From positions 1 through 64,000 of the forward strand of contig CAXXSM010000105.1 in NCBI GenBank assembly GCA_963663405.2: DNA of 64,000 nucleotides, in the 5' to 3' direction. The notes beneath the pieces were generated by a model. That model ran no database searches and was not told the origin of the DNA. It was given only the letters and a program-made list of their open reading frames with translations. This DNA is from a bacterium (GTDB lineage Bacteria; Hinthialibacterota; Hinthialibacteria; Hinthialibacterales; Hinthialibacteraceae). Below are positions 1 through 10,930 of the stretch, in pieces; the stretch's first letter is position 1; each line of letters opens with the position of its first letter. The position numbers and the translations under genes were made by a program.

Positions 1-261
1 GGACGCCCGAATTCTATTTTTAGTTAAAATCAATCTATCTCAGACGAATTCTTTAGTTTCGCACTGATTGGACTTTTTGCGAGTTCATCAACCTTGGGGT
101 TTACTTTGTTGCGAAATTATGGCAGATTCAAATATAAATAATGCTCAAAATCCGGTAATTAAACAGTTCAGAGCCTTTTTAAGAATGACTTTGAAGTGAA
201 CTTAAACATAATCGTTAATGAGATTCAGCATATATTTAATATACATTAATCATCCCCGGAG

Positions 262-519
262 GTGCGTGAAATGGCGGAAAAACCCGCGATCAAGATCGGA
301 TATCTTAAAATAACCGATCATTTCATTCTCGGTGTGACAGCTCGTAAATTGCAACAACGTATGGAAACCTTTCAGCACTGCACCCTGGAACCTGTGGTTA
401 AAAACGGGTGGAATGAGGTTGCTGATGCGCTTTCCGTAAAATCCTTGGACGGGGCATTGGTTCTGGCACCAACGGCCATGGACCTTTTTAAGTCCGGTGT
501 TGATCTCAAACTGTTGTTA
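262..519 (+). pseudogene. Truncated CmpA/NrtA-like ABC substrate-binding protein (N-terminal fragment)
   Basis: IKIGYLKITDH..GWNEVADAL..LDGALVLAPTAMDL matches the NrtA/CmpA N-terminus. Similarity ends after DLKLLL; the ORF then reads through into the convergent gene (stop at 627). Confidence 0.55.
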
Positions 520-577
520 AATAGAAGGGTAAAAAGAGCAGATACAAGGCCTGCTCCTGTGATGTCACCTGATACGG

Positions 578-1657
578 CTATTCAAATTGCTTCAATTCCT
601 CGATTCGCTCAGGAGTGGCGTAATTGATAAAGGATGACGCGAGTTGGACGGCGTTCTCGATGTCATCCCGGTGGACCATCGACGCGAAACCATGAATGTA
701 GCGCGAGGGAATCCCCAACACACACGAAGGAGCCCCCTGTTTGTGCAGATGAACGCGGCCTGTGTCATAGCCTCCCTGCACAAAGGTAAAATGATAGGGA
801 ATGTTGTTCTTATCCGCCAGTTCGATTAAGGTATCCCGTAGTTTCTGATGGGGGATCATTGTGCGGTCGTGGATCAGAATGCTGACGCCGGCGCCCAATT
901 TCGAGTCCGAATTGTCTTTTTCAGTGGGGGTATCGTGTCCCTGGCTCACATCCAAGGCGATACCCACGTCCGGTTCCGTCACCCAGGCTGACGTCGCCGC
1001 GCCCCGCAGCCCGACTTCTTCTTGAACCGCAAAGGCGCCATAGACTGTACACGCCGGGATTTGATCTTTTAGCTGTTCAAAGATTTTCAACAAGACAGCG
1101 CAGCCGGATCGATTATCCCAGTTCCGGGCGATGAATATTTTTGGATTGGCGCTGGGGCTGAATTCTCCATAGGGGATGATGGGATCGCCGGGGCGTATCT
1201 TCAGTTCCTCCGCTGGGTTGAACGCGTCGATACAGATACCCGTATCGATCCATAGATCTTCAATCTCAACCGGTTTTTTACGTTCCTCTTCTTTCATACC
1301 GTGGGGTGGTTTTGCGCCTACGATCCCCATGACCGGCCCATTTTTCGTGAGCACTGTCACCCGCTGGCCCAAAATCACCGGTGGATTCCACCCGCCCAAT
1401 GGGAGAAAACGGAGATACCCCTCCGGAGTAATGCTCTTAACCATGAAACCGCATTCATCCATATGCGCGATAAAAAGAATCTTCCGTTCCGGATTGCTCC
1501 CCTTCTTCACCGCGATTAATGAACCGATATTATCTGTCACGATCTCATCGACTAAGCCATCCAGACGGCGGCGGATCGTATTGCGGATTCCTTCCTCAAA
1601 ACCGGATACGCCATACGCTTCCGTTATGTCTTTAAATAGCAATTCTGTTGAATCCAT
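578..1657 (-). CDS. M42 family metallo-aminopeptidase
   Basis: GVSGFE, AHMDECG, WDNRSG, QEEVGLRGA, GGYDTG and SRYIHG motifs; likely start MDSTELL at 1657. Confidence 0.92.
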   Translation of the reverse strand: MDSTELLFKDITEAYGVSGFEEGIRNTIRRRLDGLVDEIVTDNIGSLIAVKKGSNPERKILFIAHMDECGFMVKSITPEGYLRFLPLGGWNPPVILGQRVTVLTKNGPVMGIVGAKPPHGMKEEERKKPVEIEDLWIDTGICIDAFNPAEELKIRPGDPIIPYGEFSPSANPKIFIARNWDNRSGCAVLLKIFEQLKDQIPACTVYGAFAVQEEVGLRGAATSAWVTEPDVGIALDVSQGHDTPTEKDNSDSKLGAGVSILIHDRTMIPHQKLRDTLIELADKNNIPYHFTFVQGGYDTGRVHLHKQGAPSCVLGIPSRYIHGFASMVHRDDIENAVQLASSFINYATPERIEELKQFE

Positions 1658-1778
1658 TGCGTTTTCCAATCGAACGAAATTAGTTGATATGCCTCCGGTA
1701 ACCCGGTCTAATAGTGGAATTATACAAGGGCAGATGAAAAACCTTGCCCTTGCCACCCATACTGATTTAGTAATCCCT

Positions 1779-1813
1779 CATGATTGAGATCACAACCTAC
1801 AAATGAAAAAGAG
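1779..1813 (+). repeat. 5' fragment of the ~92-bp dispersed repeat
   Basis: catgattgagatcacaacctacaaatgaaaaagag matches the 5' part of the copies at 14054, 31414 and 44453. Confidence 0.8.
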
Positions 1814-1889
1814 ATATCGCAAATCAAGAATCCGAACATCGAAGACCTAAGGAAAAAACCTTCAGCCTTCAGTCTTCAACCTAATCCCC

Positions 1890-3440
1890 TTAATTATAAT
1901 TTTTCACGCGCGGCCAGATTTCTTGAATGGGGACTTTCGGCTTCCGGCAGAAGAACACGGGGAGATTGGATTCATACGGCATCGCGTAGGGATGGATGAT
2001 CATTGCGGCTTGTTCTACCTCTTCAAAGAACTTTTCATAGTTGGATTTTGATCCACCAATGCCAATCAGCACCTCGATTGTTCGCTCACCAGGTCCCCAC
2101 AGATAATAGCTGTTATGTCCGCTGATCGCATTAGGGAGATTGTATTGGGCGCCGAAGTAATCGATAGCGCCCGCTTCGCCGTAATTCCCTGCGATAATGG
2201 CGCATTGGTTTTGTTCTTTTGACGATAATGTCTGATACACTTCCCCCACTGTTCCGGCCATCTCCGGCCATCCATACCGGTCGGCGAAATGCTGGGGCAG
2301 TTTCCCCATTTCGTGCCGCTCACCGGATGACGCTTCTATCCCAATCAAGGTGGAATAGCGGATATACATCTCAGGGGGAAGGATGGGAAGCGCCATCGGC
2401 GCGGCGATCGCGCCTCCGGCAATGAGAATTATACAAATAGCCGGTTTCAACCAATTCCATCGCATTCGTTGAATCCCGCTTTCTATCGCGATCGCCCCCC
2501 CCGCGAATAAGATCGTATACGCGGGAGCGAGATAGTATGGTTTAGCCCGGTTGAGTGTCAGTAAAACCAGCACAGTCAGATACATCCAACCAAAACAGCG
2601 GAAGGGCTTCCCTGATTTCGAGAACAAATACCATCCTAAACCCGTCAGCCAAATCGGGAACAAGATGGGATGACATTGTATGATCTGGGCGAGAAAATAT
2701 TGCGCGGGTGTGAAGGCGACATTCTTGTTCGCAGTCGCGTTTTGAATGAATTCTCGCGTAGGCCAGCCGTTGAACGCTTGCCACAAAACGTGAGGGAGAA
2801 AGATAATAAACGTGATTCCCGCCCCAATCCAGATCCATCGATCAAATAACCAACGCCGGTTCGGCGTTAACAGAATCCCCATAAACACACCAAATCCAAA
2901 GAAAAGAATCGAGATTTTATTCATTAATCCGATTCCCATAACCAGCCCATACAAGATCCATATTCGTGGATCTTTCTGCTTGATAACCGCGATCAGCAGC
3001 AAAGCCCCCAAGAGCCAGAATAGTTGATCGAATGGATTCATCGAAAAAAAACTGTGCAGACCAAGATAGATAGGAGCGATCAGCACACACAATGCGGCCA
3101 AAGTTTCAGCAAACCGGCCGCCTCCAAGTCGCCGGACAAGAATTCCCGTCAAAAAAACCAGCAATCCGCCCGTCAGGGCCGGCGCGAGCCTCAATGCGAA
3201 AAGCGAATCTCCTAACATCAATCGGACGATCCATGCGGCAAGCGCGATGAAAGGTGGATGATCCACATATCCAAAATCCAAGTGTTTCCCGCAAGCGATG
3301 TAATACAATTCATCCCGGAAAAAGGTATCGTGAAGATTGATCCAACAATGAATCAATACTTTTAATCCCGCCAAGGAGAGCAGAACCGCGTTGGTGTAAA
3401 AAAAAGTATGCCAGTGGAATGTCTTTTTCCATGTTTTCAT
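1890..3440 (-). CDS. ArnT/PMT-like (GT39/GT83) membrane glycosyltransferase
   Basis: RDELYY..GYVDHPP motif and multiple TM helices. Confidence 0.85.
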   Translation of the reverse strand: MKTWKKTFHWHTFFYTNAVLLSLAGLKVLIHCWINLHDTFFRDELYYIACGKHLDFGYVDHPPFIALAAWIVRLMLGDSLFALRLAPALTGGLLVFLTGILVRRLGGGRFAETLAALCVLIAPIYLGLHSFFSMNPFDQLFWLLGALLLIAVIKQKDPRIWILYGLVMGIGLMNKISILFFGFGVFMGILLTPNRRWLFDRWIWIGAGITFIIFLPHVLWQAFNGWPTREFIQNATANKNVAFTPAQYFLAQIIQCHPILFPIWLTGLGWYLFSKSGKPFRCFGWMYLTVLVLLTLNRAKPYYLAPAYTILFAGGAIAIESGIQRMRWNWLKPAICIILIAGGAIAAPMALPILPPEMYIRYSTLIGIEASSGERHEMGKLPQHFADRYGWPEMAGTVGEVYQTLSSKEQNQCAIIAGNYGEAGAIDYFGAQYNLPNAISGHNSYYLWGPGERTIEVLIGIGGSKSNYEKFFEEVEQAAMIIHPYAMPYESNLPVFFCRKPKVPIQEIWPRVKNYN

Positions 3441-3546
3441 TGACGAACCTATTTGTTATTAGACAACAAAATTGACAAATCGAGTCATGATACTTTGTAT
3501 ATATTCCAATTTCTACATAGAGATATAAAAAGCTGAAAAAAAAAAC

Positions 3547-3575
3547 TTGCAATTATATTTCAGTTAATGTAAAAT
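3547..3575 (+). promoter_or_regulatory. Putative sigma70 promoter
   Basis: TTGCAA-17 nt-TAAAAT in an AT-rich region upstream of the 3695 gene. Confidence 0.4.
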
Positions 3576-3694
3576 TTTGGTGTTTGTCTGAAATAAGGTC
3601 TTGCTGTATTAATTCCATGAGATCAGAGTCGCATATTGGGGAAAACCGATTCTTTTAGATGAATATCTTAATGGAAGTGTGGGAGGATATAATC

Positions 3695-4129
3695 ATGACT
3701 GCGTACCATTATGAGAACGAATTCATGATTAGGGAGCTGGAAACGTCGGTCAAAACGTCGATTCAGGTCAAGAACCGGATTGAGAAGCCCATTGAAACGG
3801 AAGCGGAAATCACCGCATTTGGACTGAACAGCATGCAGATTCGAAGCGATTCAATGGTGCCGATTCCCTCCAATGGAACCGTGCTATTCTATGTAGGTCA
3901 TCAAAAAAAGCCACTGCAGTTGGATGTTAACTTTCTTCAACGGACGGAAGTCAAAAAACGATTTTGGTTTATGCGGAGTCATAAACCGGAATATGTGATC
4001 CGCGTTTCGATTTGCGATAATTCAAAAGAAAAAGTACAGGAATTTCAAGATTATCTTCACCGCTATCATATCTTCAGTGGAAGCGGTCGAGAATCAGATC
4101 CCCAAATGGATCCAGGAGAGGAGTTATAA
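3695..4129 (+). CDS. Hypothetical protein (possibly PilZ-like barrel)
   Basis: ORF with SD gggagg before ATG 3695; beta-rich, no firm motif. Confidence 0.6.
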   Translation: MTAYHYENEFMIRELETSVKTSIQVKNRIEKPIETEAEITAFGLNSMQIRSDSMVPIPSNGTVLFYVGHQKKPLQLDVNFLQRTEVKKRFWFMRSHKPEYVIRVSICDNSKEKVQEFQDYLHRYHIFSGSGRESDPQMDPGEEL

Positions 4130-4169
4130 TCCATCAGCGATATCCAGTTCCTCTCGCTGACACACTTGA

Positions 4170-5117
4170 TCATACAATCCGCTTATACCATTCCACCAAA
4201 CGCCCCGCATACTGTTCTGTTCGCGCTAAAAGTTCCCGCTTCTCATTTTCTGATAAAGGCTGGAATGTCCGAACCGTTGCGATATCACGCTGAGCTTGTT
4301 TTAACGTGACACAATCCATCAGGATAGATGTAATAGGAAGCGATAGCGTATACCGCAGCGCTTCTTCTCGACTCACGTCACAATGTTCAGAAATTTTGTC
4401 TGTAATAAAAACCTTCATTCCGGCGATCCCGATCTGTGAGCGGTTGATCGTTGGAAGAAGGCCTTTCTCAAAGCTAAGGTAATGCGGATCGACGCAGTTG
4501 AATGGAGCCGTTACTGTGTCGAATGGATACGCTCTTAGATACGCCCTCAATTCATCCGGAGACGAGAATCCACACACGCCTACATAGCGGCATTTGCCCT
4601 GCCGTTTCGCGATTTCCATCGCTTCAATTACGCCCCCCTGCGCAAAACAGGCTTCCCGGTCCCATTCGTTGGCGCCGTGGATCTGCCATGCGTCCACATA
4701 ATCCGTTCGCAAGCGGCGCAGGCTCTTTTCCAATTCCCTTAAAGCCCCTTTTTTCGCGCAGCTTCGTGTCTTGGTCGCGATGACAACTCGATCACGCTCC
4801 TTGCACAATGCGGTTCCAAGCAAACGTTCCGCATGTCCGCATCCGTAATTATGCGCCGTGTCGAAATAATTGATCCCTTCGTTCCGCATGTAACGGATTA
4901 GATCCAACGCCTCTTTTTCGGAAGGCGCTTCGTGAAGATGCCCCGTTCCCATCCCTAGAATGGAAACCATTAAATCCGTCTGTCCCAAACGCCGTTTCGG
5001 TAATTGTGATCCAGCCGCCGCCAGAATGGGAGATTGAAACGCAGCCAACGCGCCAAGAGCGCAAGCGCTTCGTCCCATAAATTGACGTCGTGTACAATAA
5101 AAATTCTGTTGTTTCAT
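4170..5117 (-). CDS. Aldo/keto reductase with Tat-like signal
   Basis: TRRQFM twin-Arg; RLGQTDLMVSILGMG, GINYFDTAHNYG and SLRRLRTDYVD motifs. Confidence 0.9.
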   Translation of the reverse strand: MKQQNFYCTRRQFMGRSACALGALAAFQSPILAAAGSQLPKRRLGQTDLMVSILGMGTGHLHEAPSEKEALDLIRYMRNEGINYFDTAHNYGCGHAERLLGTALCKERDRVVIATKTRSCAKKGALRELEKSLRRLRTDYVDAWQIHGANEWDREACFAQGGVIEAMEIAKRQGKCRYVGVCGFSSPDELRAYLRAYPFDTVTAPFNCVDPHYLSFEKGLLPTINRSQIGIAGMKVFITDKISEHCDVSREEALRYTLSLPITSILMDCVTLKQAQRDIATVRTFQPLSENEKRELLARTEQYAGRLVEWYKRIV

Positions 5118-5251
5118 ATCTTCATTCAATCTTGTGGATTCAATACGACTCATGTCATTATACCATAGACACCTTGTGGAGAAACTGCGTTGTCATTTCC
5201 GATGGATCGTGTATTCTTGATGCGATCATCGATGAGAGGAGCATTAAATCC

Positions 5252-7108
5252 GTGTCCGACTGGTTCCAACTCAATCCAGCTGAATCCCCTTATTACAAAG
5301 CAAATCTGGAGACTTTCCGGAAAACCCATCCTCTTCAAGCCGAAACGATTGAATCGAGTACGGAAAGGTTAACGGACTATTCATTTCTCAAAATCGGCCC
5401 ACAGCGATTCGCATGTAGGAGCCAAGAAAATAAAAAAGTACATATTCACTATGATCCACATGATTTTTATGCGCCCTTGAAACGTTCGTATGACCGCGCG
5501 TTGCGCTTCTATCAGAGAGGCGTTGAACTCGTTCTTATCGCCGGCGCTGGATTCGGGTATTTGGCGAACGAATTGGAAGAAGAGATACGCGGGGACTATA
5601 CTCGCGGCTTACTTCTCATAGAAAACCGTCCTGAACTGATCTTGGCGCAGTGGTGTCTTTTTGATAGCCGCAAGATTTTGGAATCGAATCAGGTTTTATG
5701 GGCTGTTAGTGAAGATTATTTTTTAGCATTCGAAGATTGCCTGCATGAAGAAGCGTTGTTCCAACTGACTAACGAACGCATGGCGGTTGTTCCGGAACGG
5801 AGTATGGCATATAAAGAACGTTACCGCTATAAGGCGATCCCCATGTATTTTTCTTCTCACCGGCACGATCATATGATCGAATTCGCTCCAAAACAGCGTG
5901 CGTTTAACAAACGAATGAAAAAATCCCCTGATCTCGAACGTGGCTGTCTCTGGGGCGTCGCAGAACCGGACGCGTACGCGCATACGCCACTGATACGATC
6001 CCTATTGTCCGGATTTGAGCAAATTGGTTGGCAAACGCAGTTATTGGAATTAAAAGACGGTTATTCCACCCGCTATCGCGTGTATCAAGATATTATCGAG
6101 ACCGCGCCGGATGCGGTTTTGGTTCTCAATAGCCCATCGGACAAGTTTAAGATCAACCGCCCCCGCATTATCTGGATTCTTGACGATCCCCGTCACTACA
6201 ATCCCGAAACTTTCGCGGATCGATTCACTGCATTGGATACCATCTTTTACAGCGACCGCACGTACAAATCCGTTTTTGAACATACAAACGCAGCTTCCAG
6301 CCAGTTTCTTCCTGTCACACCTTCGATTACACGCGAAGGGATATATCGCGAAGAACTGGCGGCGCCGATTCTATTCGTGGGTCAATGTGAAGATGTCAGC
6401 ATCCGTCTTCAAACACTTTCAAAAAAAGCCTTTGAAGAAACAGAAACGCTCTTTTCTCATCTCGTTGATAATCCACACCTAACAGCGGTTGAAGCCGCTG
6501 TGAAAATTCAATTCTCTGAATCCGTTCTAAACGATCTTACCCAACTCGCCATTGAATTCACCAGCAGAATGCACAGGACCTTTCCCAGCAGACAACAGTG
6601 TTTGGAATATTTCATCTACGCTATGGCCAACAGTTGGAAGCGGGAGCGGTATGTGAAAGCGCTGTTGGATAGGGGAATCGTTGTTTATGGACCTGAATCG
6701 TGGCGCTCCGTTTTGGGTCCAAAACACGAGAATCAATACTGGGGATGGCTCTCTCCAGAAGACCTTCCTGACGCCTACCGGTCCGCGAAAATCTGCTTAA
6801 ATATTCACAGCCTTCAATGTCCAACTTGCCTGAACTGCCGGGATTTCGATATCCTCGCGGCGAATGGCGCGCTTCTGAGTGACTATGTTGAAGATATGGA
6901 CATCGGTTTGATTCAAACTGGAGAGGATTTTCTCTCATTTACCAATATTGAGGAGTTAAAACAGAACGCTGAACGATTGCTTGAAGAGGATGAAAAACGA
7001 CGCGCAATACGTGAGAAGGGGCATACAACATTCCTAAATCACCATACCCCCCACCATCGCGCGAAGGAAATTGCTGACGTGTTACGAAAGAATTACAACC
7101 AGTCCTAA
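5252..7108 (+). CDS. CgeB-like glycosyltransferase-domain protein
   Basis: C-terminal YRSAKICLNIH..LNCRDFDILAANGALLSD; GTG start at 5252 after SD gaggag (ORF open from 5090). Confidence 0.75.
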   Translation: MSDWFQLNPAESPYYKANLETFRKTHPLQAETIESSTERLTDYSFLKIGPQRFACRSQENKKVHIHYDPHDFYAPLKRSYDRALRFYQRGVELVLIAGAGFGYLANELEEEIRGDYTRGLLLIENRPELILAQWCLFDSRKILESNQVLWAVSEDYFLAFEDCLHEEALFQLTNERMAVVPERSMAYKERYRYKAIPMYFSSHRHDHMIEFAPKQRAFNKRMKKSPDLERGCLWGVAEPDAYAHTPLIRSLLSGFEQIGWQTQLLELKDGYSTRYRVYQDIIETAPDAVLVLNSPSDKFKINRPRIIWILDDPRHYNPETFADRFTALDTIFYSDRTYKSVFEHTNAASSQFLPVTPSITREGIYREELAAPILFVGQCEDVSIRLQTLSKKAFEETETLFSHLVDNPHLTAVEAAVKIQFSESVLNDLTQLAIEFTSRMHRTFPSRQQCLEYFIYAMANSWKRERYVKALLDRGIVVYGPESWRSVLGPKHENQYWGWLSPEDLPDAYRSAKICLNIHSLQCPTCLNCRDFDILAANGALLSDYVEDMDIGLIQTGEDFLSFTNIEELKQNAERLLEEDEKRRAIREKGHTTFLNHHTPHHRAKEIADVLRKNYNQS

Positions 7109-7109
7109 A

Positions 7110-8120
7110 TCAAAACTTCTTCCATCCTTCTACACCTGTTTCGACACCAAAATCCGGTAAATCATACAGATCCAATAGACTGGCGGGACCTTTGTAGACA
7201 CCATAAATGATGGAATCTCCATCTGGAGAAAAGGAGAGGGAATAGATACTGTCAGACGCTTGAAATTCTTTGAGCAATCCATAATTTTGAATGTCGTAAA
7301 TTTTGATTTCACTCCCCCACGAGGCGGCGGCCAGCCATCTGCCATCGGCAGAAACATCCATTTCGCTGACCGAACCGGCAAAGTTGGGAATGTTTCGGAT
7401 CACGGTTCCCTGCCTCAAATCTATCATTTTGATCTCCTTGTTGTCGGAGCCTGTCAACACAGTCTTTCCATCTGGGTGGAAAACGAGTGATTGAATGGAA
7501 CCTGTGACAAAGAGTTCGAACAACCGGTCCGCAGACTCTGTTTCATACACTTGAAGCCGTCCATTCCCCAATCCCAAAGCCGTCAATCGGCTATCGGGAG
7601 AAAATCCGGAGGAGAGGACATTCATACTCGCTTGAAAGGAATGGTATTCATTAAAATCATTGGCGTCCCATATATGAGCTTCCCCACCGATTCCTCCCGT
7701 AATGATTTTGGAACCATCAGAGGAAAAACAAACCGTCACAATTGTGTCTCTGTGCTGGAACCGATGAATCACATCCCCTGTTTCAACATCCCACAATATG
7801 GCGTTTTTATCTTCGGAACCGGTCAAAATCCGTTTCCCATCCGGGGAGAAAACGGCGGAACGAATCGAGCCGGAATGACCGGTTAAAGATCTGATTAGAG
7901 AGCCATTCTTCGCGTTATAGAGACCAAGACCGTCTGTTCCCCCAATCACAACAATCGATGCGTCAACCGGTGAGAAATCCAGCGCGAGAGATGAATCCAC
8001 AGGAATAGTAAGAATAGGGGATTGAGCGGGAGAGGTTTGCGATTGGATCACAACCAAAACACAGAAAAAGATCGAAGACACAATGACAATTCGGAAACAC
8101 AATTGTAGAAATTTAAACAT
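7110..8120 (-). CDS. Secreted WD40-repeat protein with VxxWxxF C-terminus
   Basis: GHSGSIRSAVFSPDG..SEDKNAILWD repeats; N-terminal hydrophobic signal; ends GVEGWKKF. Confidence 0.9.
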   Translation of the reverse strand: MFKFLQLCFRIVIVSSIFFCVLVVIQSQTSPAQSPILTIPVDSSLALDFSPVDASIVVIGGTDGLGLYNAKNGSLIRSLTGHSGSIRSAVFSPDGKRILTGSEDKNAILWDVETGDVIHRFQHRDTIVTVCFSSDGSKIITGGIGGEAHIWDANDFNEYHSFQASMNVLSSGFSPDSRLTALGLGNGRLQVYETESADRLFELFVTGSIQSLVFHPDGKTVLTGSDNKEIKMIDLRQGTVIRNIPNFAGSVSEMDVSADGRWLAAASWGSEIKIYDIQNYGLLKEFQASDSIYSLSFSPDGDSIIYGVYKGPASLLDLYDLPDFGVETGVEGWKKF

Positions 8121-8352
8121 TAATGTTGACTCCAAAAATAAAATATCAGACGCATCTATAAAATTGAGGACTTTTTTTCAAACGATCTTCATTTTTTAAA
8201 AAAATAAGCGGCGCCGAAACTAAGGTGTTTTCAAGTATATCACGATATGTTGAAATGTCCTGCAATTTCTTTCAATCGGTTAATGCAAGATAATTTATAG
8301 CATGTAGAGTGGGTAGCGTCTTAATGAGGCGCCAATTTCGTGAATCATTCCC

Positions 8353-8382
8353 GGTGGGTCGATAAAGCGTGATCCACCCTAC
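8353..8382 (-). repeat. GTAG-type REP-like palindrome
   Basis: Minus strand reads GTAG-GGTGGATC-acgctttatc-GACCCACC. Confidence 0.5.
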
Positions 8383-8484
8383 CTCTACCGCTAAACCAAT
8401 ACCCTTTATCCTGTGTCTTATGAGTTGGGGGAAACAAAACATTCCCACTATTTTAAAATCCAAACCAATGATAGGAGAAAGGCA

Positions 8485-9150
8485 ATGAAACACGCGGGTT
8501 TTCTATTCGGTCTCATCGTACTGATCGCGCTGGGAACACTGGTGATCGCATCTGAAAGCGGGGAAAAAGCAAAAGCGTCGATCTGGACATTCGAAAATGA
8601 AGAATTGGGCAAGGTCCCAAAAGATTGGGAGATCACGGAAACCAACGGCAATGAGAAACTGGCGGCTTGGAAAGTTGTAGAAATGGACGGCGCGCCCAGT
8701 GGCGAAAAAGCATTCGTTCTTACTGAAACGAAAAACGTTAAGCGGACATACAACCTGGCCATCGCGAAAAAGACCTGTTACAAGGACCTGACAATCGATC
8801 TGAAAGTCAAATCCATGACCGGCGAAGAAGATCAAGGCGGCGGCCCTATCTGGCGGGCGAAGGATAAAGACAACTATTACATCGCCCGTTGGAATCCACT
8901 GGAAGACAATTTCCGCGTCTATTACGTCAAAGACAGCAATAGAACACAGATCGCCAGCGCGAATGTAAAAACAGACACCTCTAAATGGCACGACATCAAA
9001 ATCGTCATGGTGGGGAACATGATCACAGCTTCGTTTGATGACAAGATTGTGATTAAATTGGAAGATTCCACATTCACCGAAGCGGGAATGGTTGGTCTCT
9101 GGACAAAAGCCGACGCGGCGACGGCGTTTGATGATCTGAAAGTGAAGTAA
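8485..9150 (+). CDS. Secreted DUF1080/ConA-like beta-sandwich protein
   Basis: Signal peptide; GEEDQGGGPIWR..NYYIARWNPLEDN..GMVGLWTKADA. Confidence 0.8.
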   Translation: MKHAGFLFGLIVLIALGTLVIASESGEKAKASIWTFENEELGKVPKDWEITETNGNEKLAAWKVVEMDGAPSGEKAFVLTETKNVKRTYNLAIAKKTCYKDLTIDLKVKSMTGEEDQGGGPIWRAKDKDNYYIARWNPLEDNFRVYYVKDSNRTQIASANVKTDTSKWHDIKIVMVGNMITASFDDKIVIKLEDSTFTEAGMVGLWTKADAATAFDDLKVK

Positions 9151-9241
9151 TACTTGAATCGAATTGATAAAAGATAGAAAAAAGGCAGACTCAAGAAGTC
9201 CGCCCCAATTCAATTATATGATTAAACGAAATGAATAGGAT

Positions 9242-10930
9242 TTAATAGAGCGCCCATTCCCCGACGGCGACAGGTTCATAAATTTCCCCATCCACCATTA
9301 GGACAACATCCGTAAAGATACCTGTACTGATGGCGCCTGTTGTATGTGAAGTGACAGCCAATCCGACATACACAGGATCTTCCATATCCGGCACATCATG
9401 ATAGTACCACCAGATTTGTTCATCGGTTACTGGATCGTAATAGTAGAAATTGATCTCCGTTCCAATCCGTTCAATTTCTATTTTTCCTTCTTGCATACTG
9501 TTATTGGTTTTGCCACCAACTAAACTGGCGTCACCATCCCAGGCGCCACCAGCGCCCTGCGTTTCGCGCCATTGCGGTCCATAATCCTGACCGCCATTCC
9601 GGATCATGGCGAAACCATGCGCCGAACCAGGCGTTAAATTGTTCCGTACCATTGGACCGGCTTTGGCCCAGTCGGGTTCACCGCCACCCACTTGAAGATC
9701 AACGGTCGCAATTAGATTGACATCGCCGCTCACTTCGGAATATACGAAGTGGAAGTCATCAGCGGCGTCCCAAATATCATGGCCGCTTCCTTCAATCGTA
9801 TAGGTACCCGTGTCAGCGTCATACGTAGCGCTGCCCTCAGCGCCTGGAGAACCGATATCGAGATGATCCTGGAAAATACCAATCGGTTCATCAACCATGA
9901 CAAAGAGATCGATATCTCCATCGGCCAAGAACTCTTTTCCTCCAATGGTGACGGCGCCATTAATGGAAACATCGCCTTTACCGGCGTTGGCGGCGACTGT
10001 TAAATCGTAGGTTAATGTCGCTGTGCCAGACGCGCCGGGAAGATCCCAAACGATCGCTCCATTAACGATATTCGTTGTGCCGGCGTCTGCATTTACATTC
10101 GCTATGGTCCATCCTTCTGGAACCGCTTCCGTAACAACCGCGTCCGCCGTAAATCCTTCATCGACCGTCATTTCAAGTTGAACACCCGCTAACAATTCAC
10201 CTGGGATGACAGTTGTGCTCGGAGCCGTGCGATTTAATAACGCGCCGATCTCGATCGCTTCGATTACTACATCACTGAAGAACGCGCGTTCAAGAGCGTT
10301 TACATCATGCGCTGTTACACATAAGCCAACATTAAGCGTCTCGGGCATATCATCGACGACCTGAGATCCGACCACGTTGAAACCGCCATTGACCGTTCCA
10401 CGATACATCGTAAATGTATCTCCAATCCGTACCAGACGAATCACATTAGTATCGGCGGCTGTCTTTGACGTTATCCCTATGTTTACAGAACTGCCCCCCT
10501 GAGTCGGCCGGGCCTGCACATCGGCGGCATCATCATTCCGCAGTATGCACATTGCATGACGGGCGCCTGGTTCGTAAGGATCCGCTATACTATCTCTGGC
10601 CATGATCCCCATTTTTTTCCATTCGTTTCCCGCATGGATATTCGTTGGATCGTCACCTGGGATTTCCTGCGGTCCCCAATTGGCGTCACAGGTGGCCATG
10701 AAGTTTCCGGTGACTTCTTTGTAGACAAAAGTAAAATTATCCGCCGTGTCCCAAATATCGGTGCCGGAGGCGAGAATCTCGTAGACTCCGTCCACATAAC
10801 TATTGTCATCCGGAAGAGACCAATTGTCCCCGATGATCGCCTGGTCCGTGAAGTCTCCAAGCGGCTGCGAGAAAGCGATTGGAACTGAACATAATAGCAG
10901 TCCCATGATTACTGCAAAACGATTTTTCAT
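9242..10930 (-). CDS. Secreted acidic modular protein (two ConA/DUF1349-like domains around an Ig-like module), VxxWxLY tail
   Basis: Repeated G.DIW...D.F.FVY..V.G and W.K.G.M.R motifs; signal peptide; ends VAVGEWALY. Confidence 0.85.
   Translation of the reverse strand: MKNRFAVIMGLLLCSVPIAFSQPLGDFTDQAIIGDNWSLPDDNSYVDGVYEILASGTDIWDTADNFTFVYKEVTGNFMATCDANWGPQEIPGDDPTNIHAGNEWKKMGIMARDSIADPYEPGARHAMCILRNDDAADVQARPTQGGSSVNIGITSKTAADTNVIRLVRIGDTFTMYRGTVNGGFNVVGSQVVDDMPETLNVGLCVTAHDVNALERAFFSDVVIEAIEIGALLNRTAPSTTVIPGELLAGVQLEMTVDEGFTADAVVTEAVPEGWTIANVNADAGTTNIVNGAIVWDLPGASGTATLTYDLTVAANAGKGDVSINGAVTIGGKEFLADGDIDLFVMVDEPIGIFQDHLDIGSPGAEGSATYDADTGTYTIEGSGHDIWDAADDFHFVYSEVSGDVNLIATVDLQVGGGEPDWAKAGPMVRNNLTPGSAHGFAMIRNGGQDYGPQWRETQGAGGAWDGDASLVGGKTNNSMQEGKIEIERIGTEINFYYYDPVTDEQIWWYYHDVPDMEDPVYVGLAVTSHTTGAISTGIFTDVVLMVDGEIYEPVAVGEWALY

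Noticed and set aside
1858-1883. Heptamer tandem ccttcag/ccttcag/tcttcaa
   Set aside because: Three degenerate units only, too short to interpret.
4170-5117. Tat signal on an NADPH-dependent reductase as a novelty
   Set aside because: Tat-like leaders on aldo/keto reductases are common in several phyla.
8503-9213. Long antisense ORFs (also 1176-1787 and 51954-52475)
   Set aside because: They are shadows of well-supported genes on the opposite strand and have no motifs.
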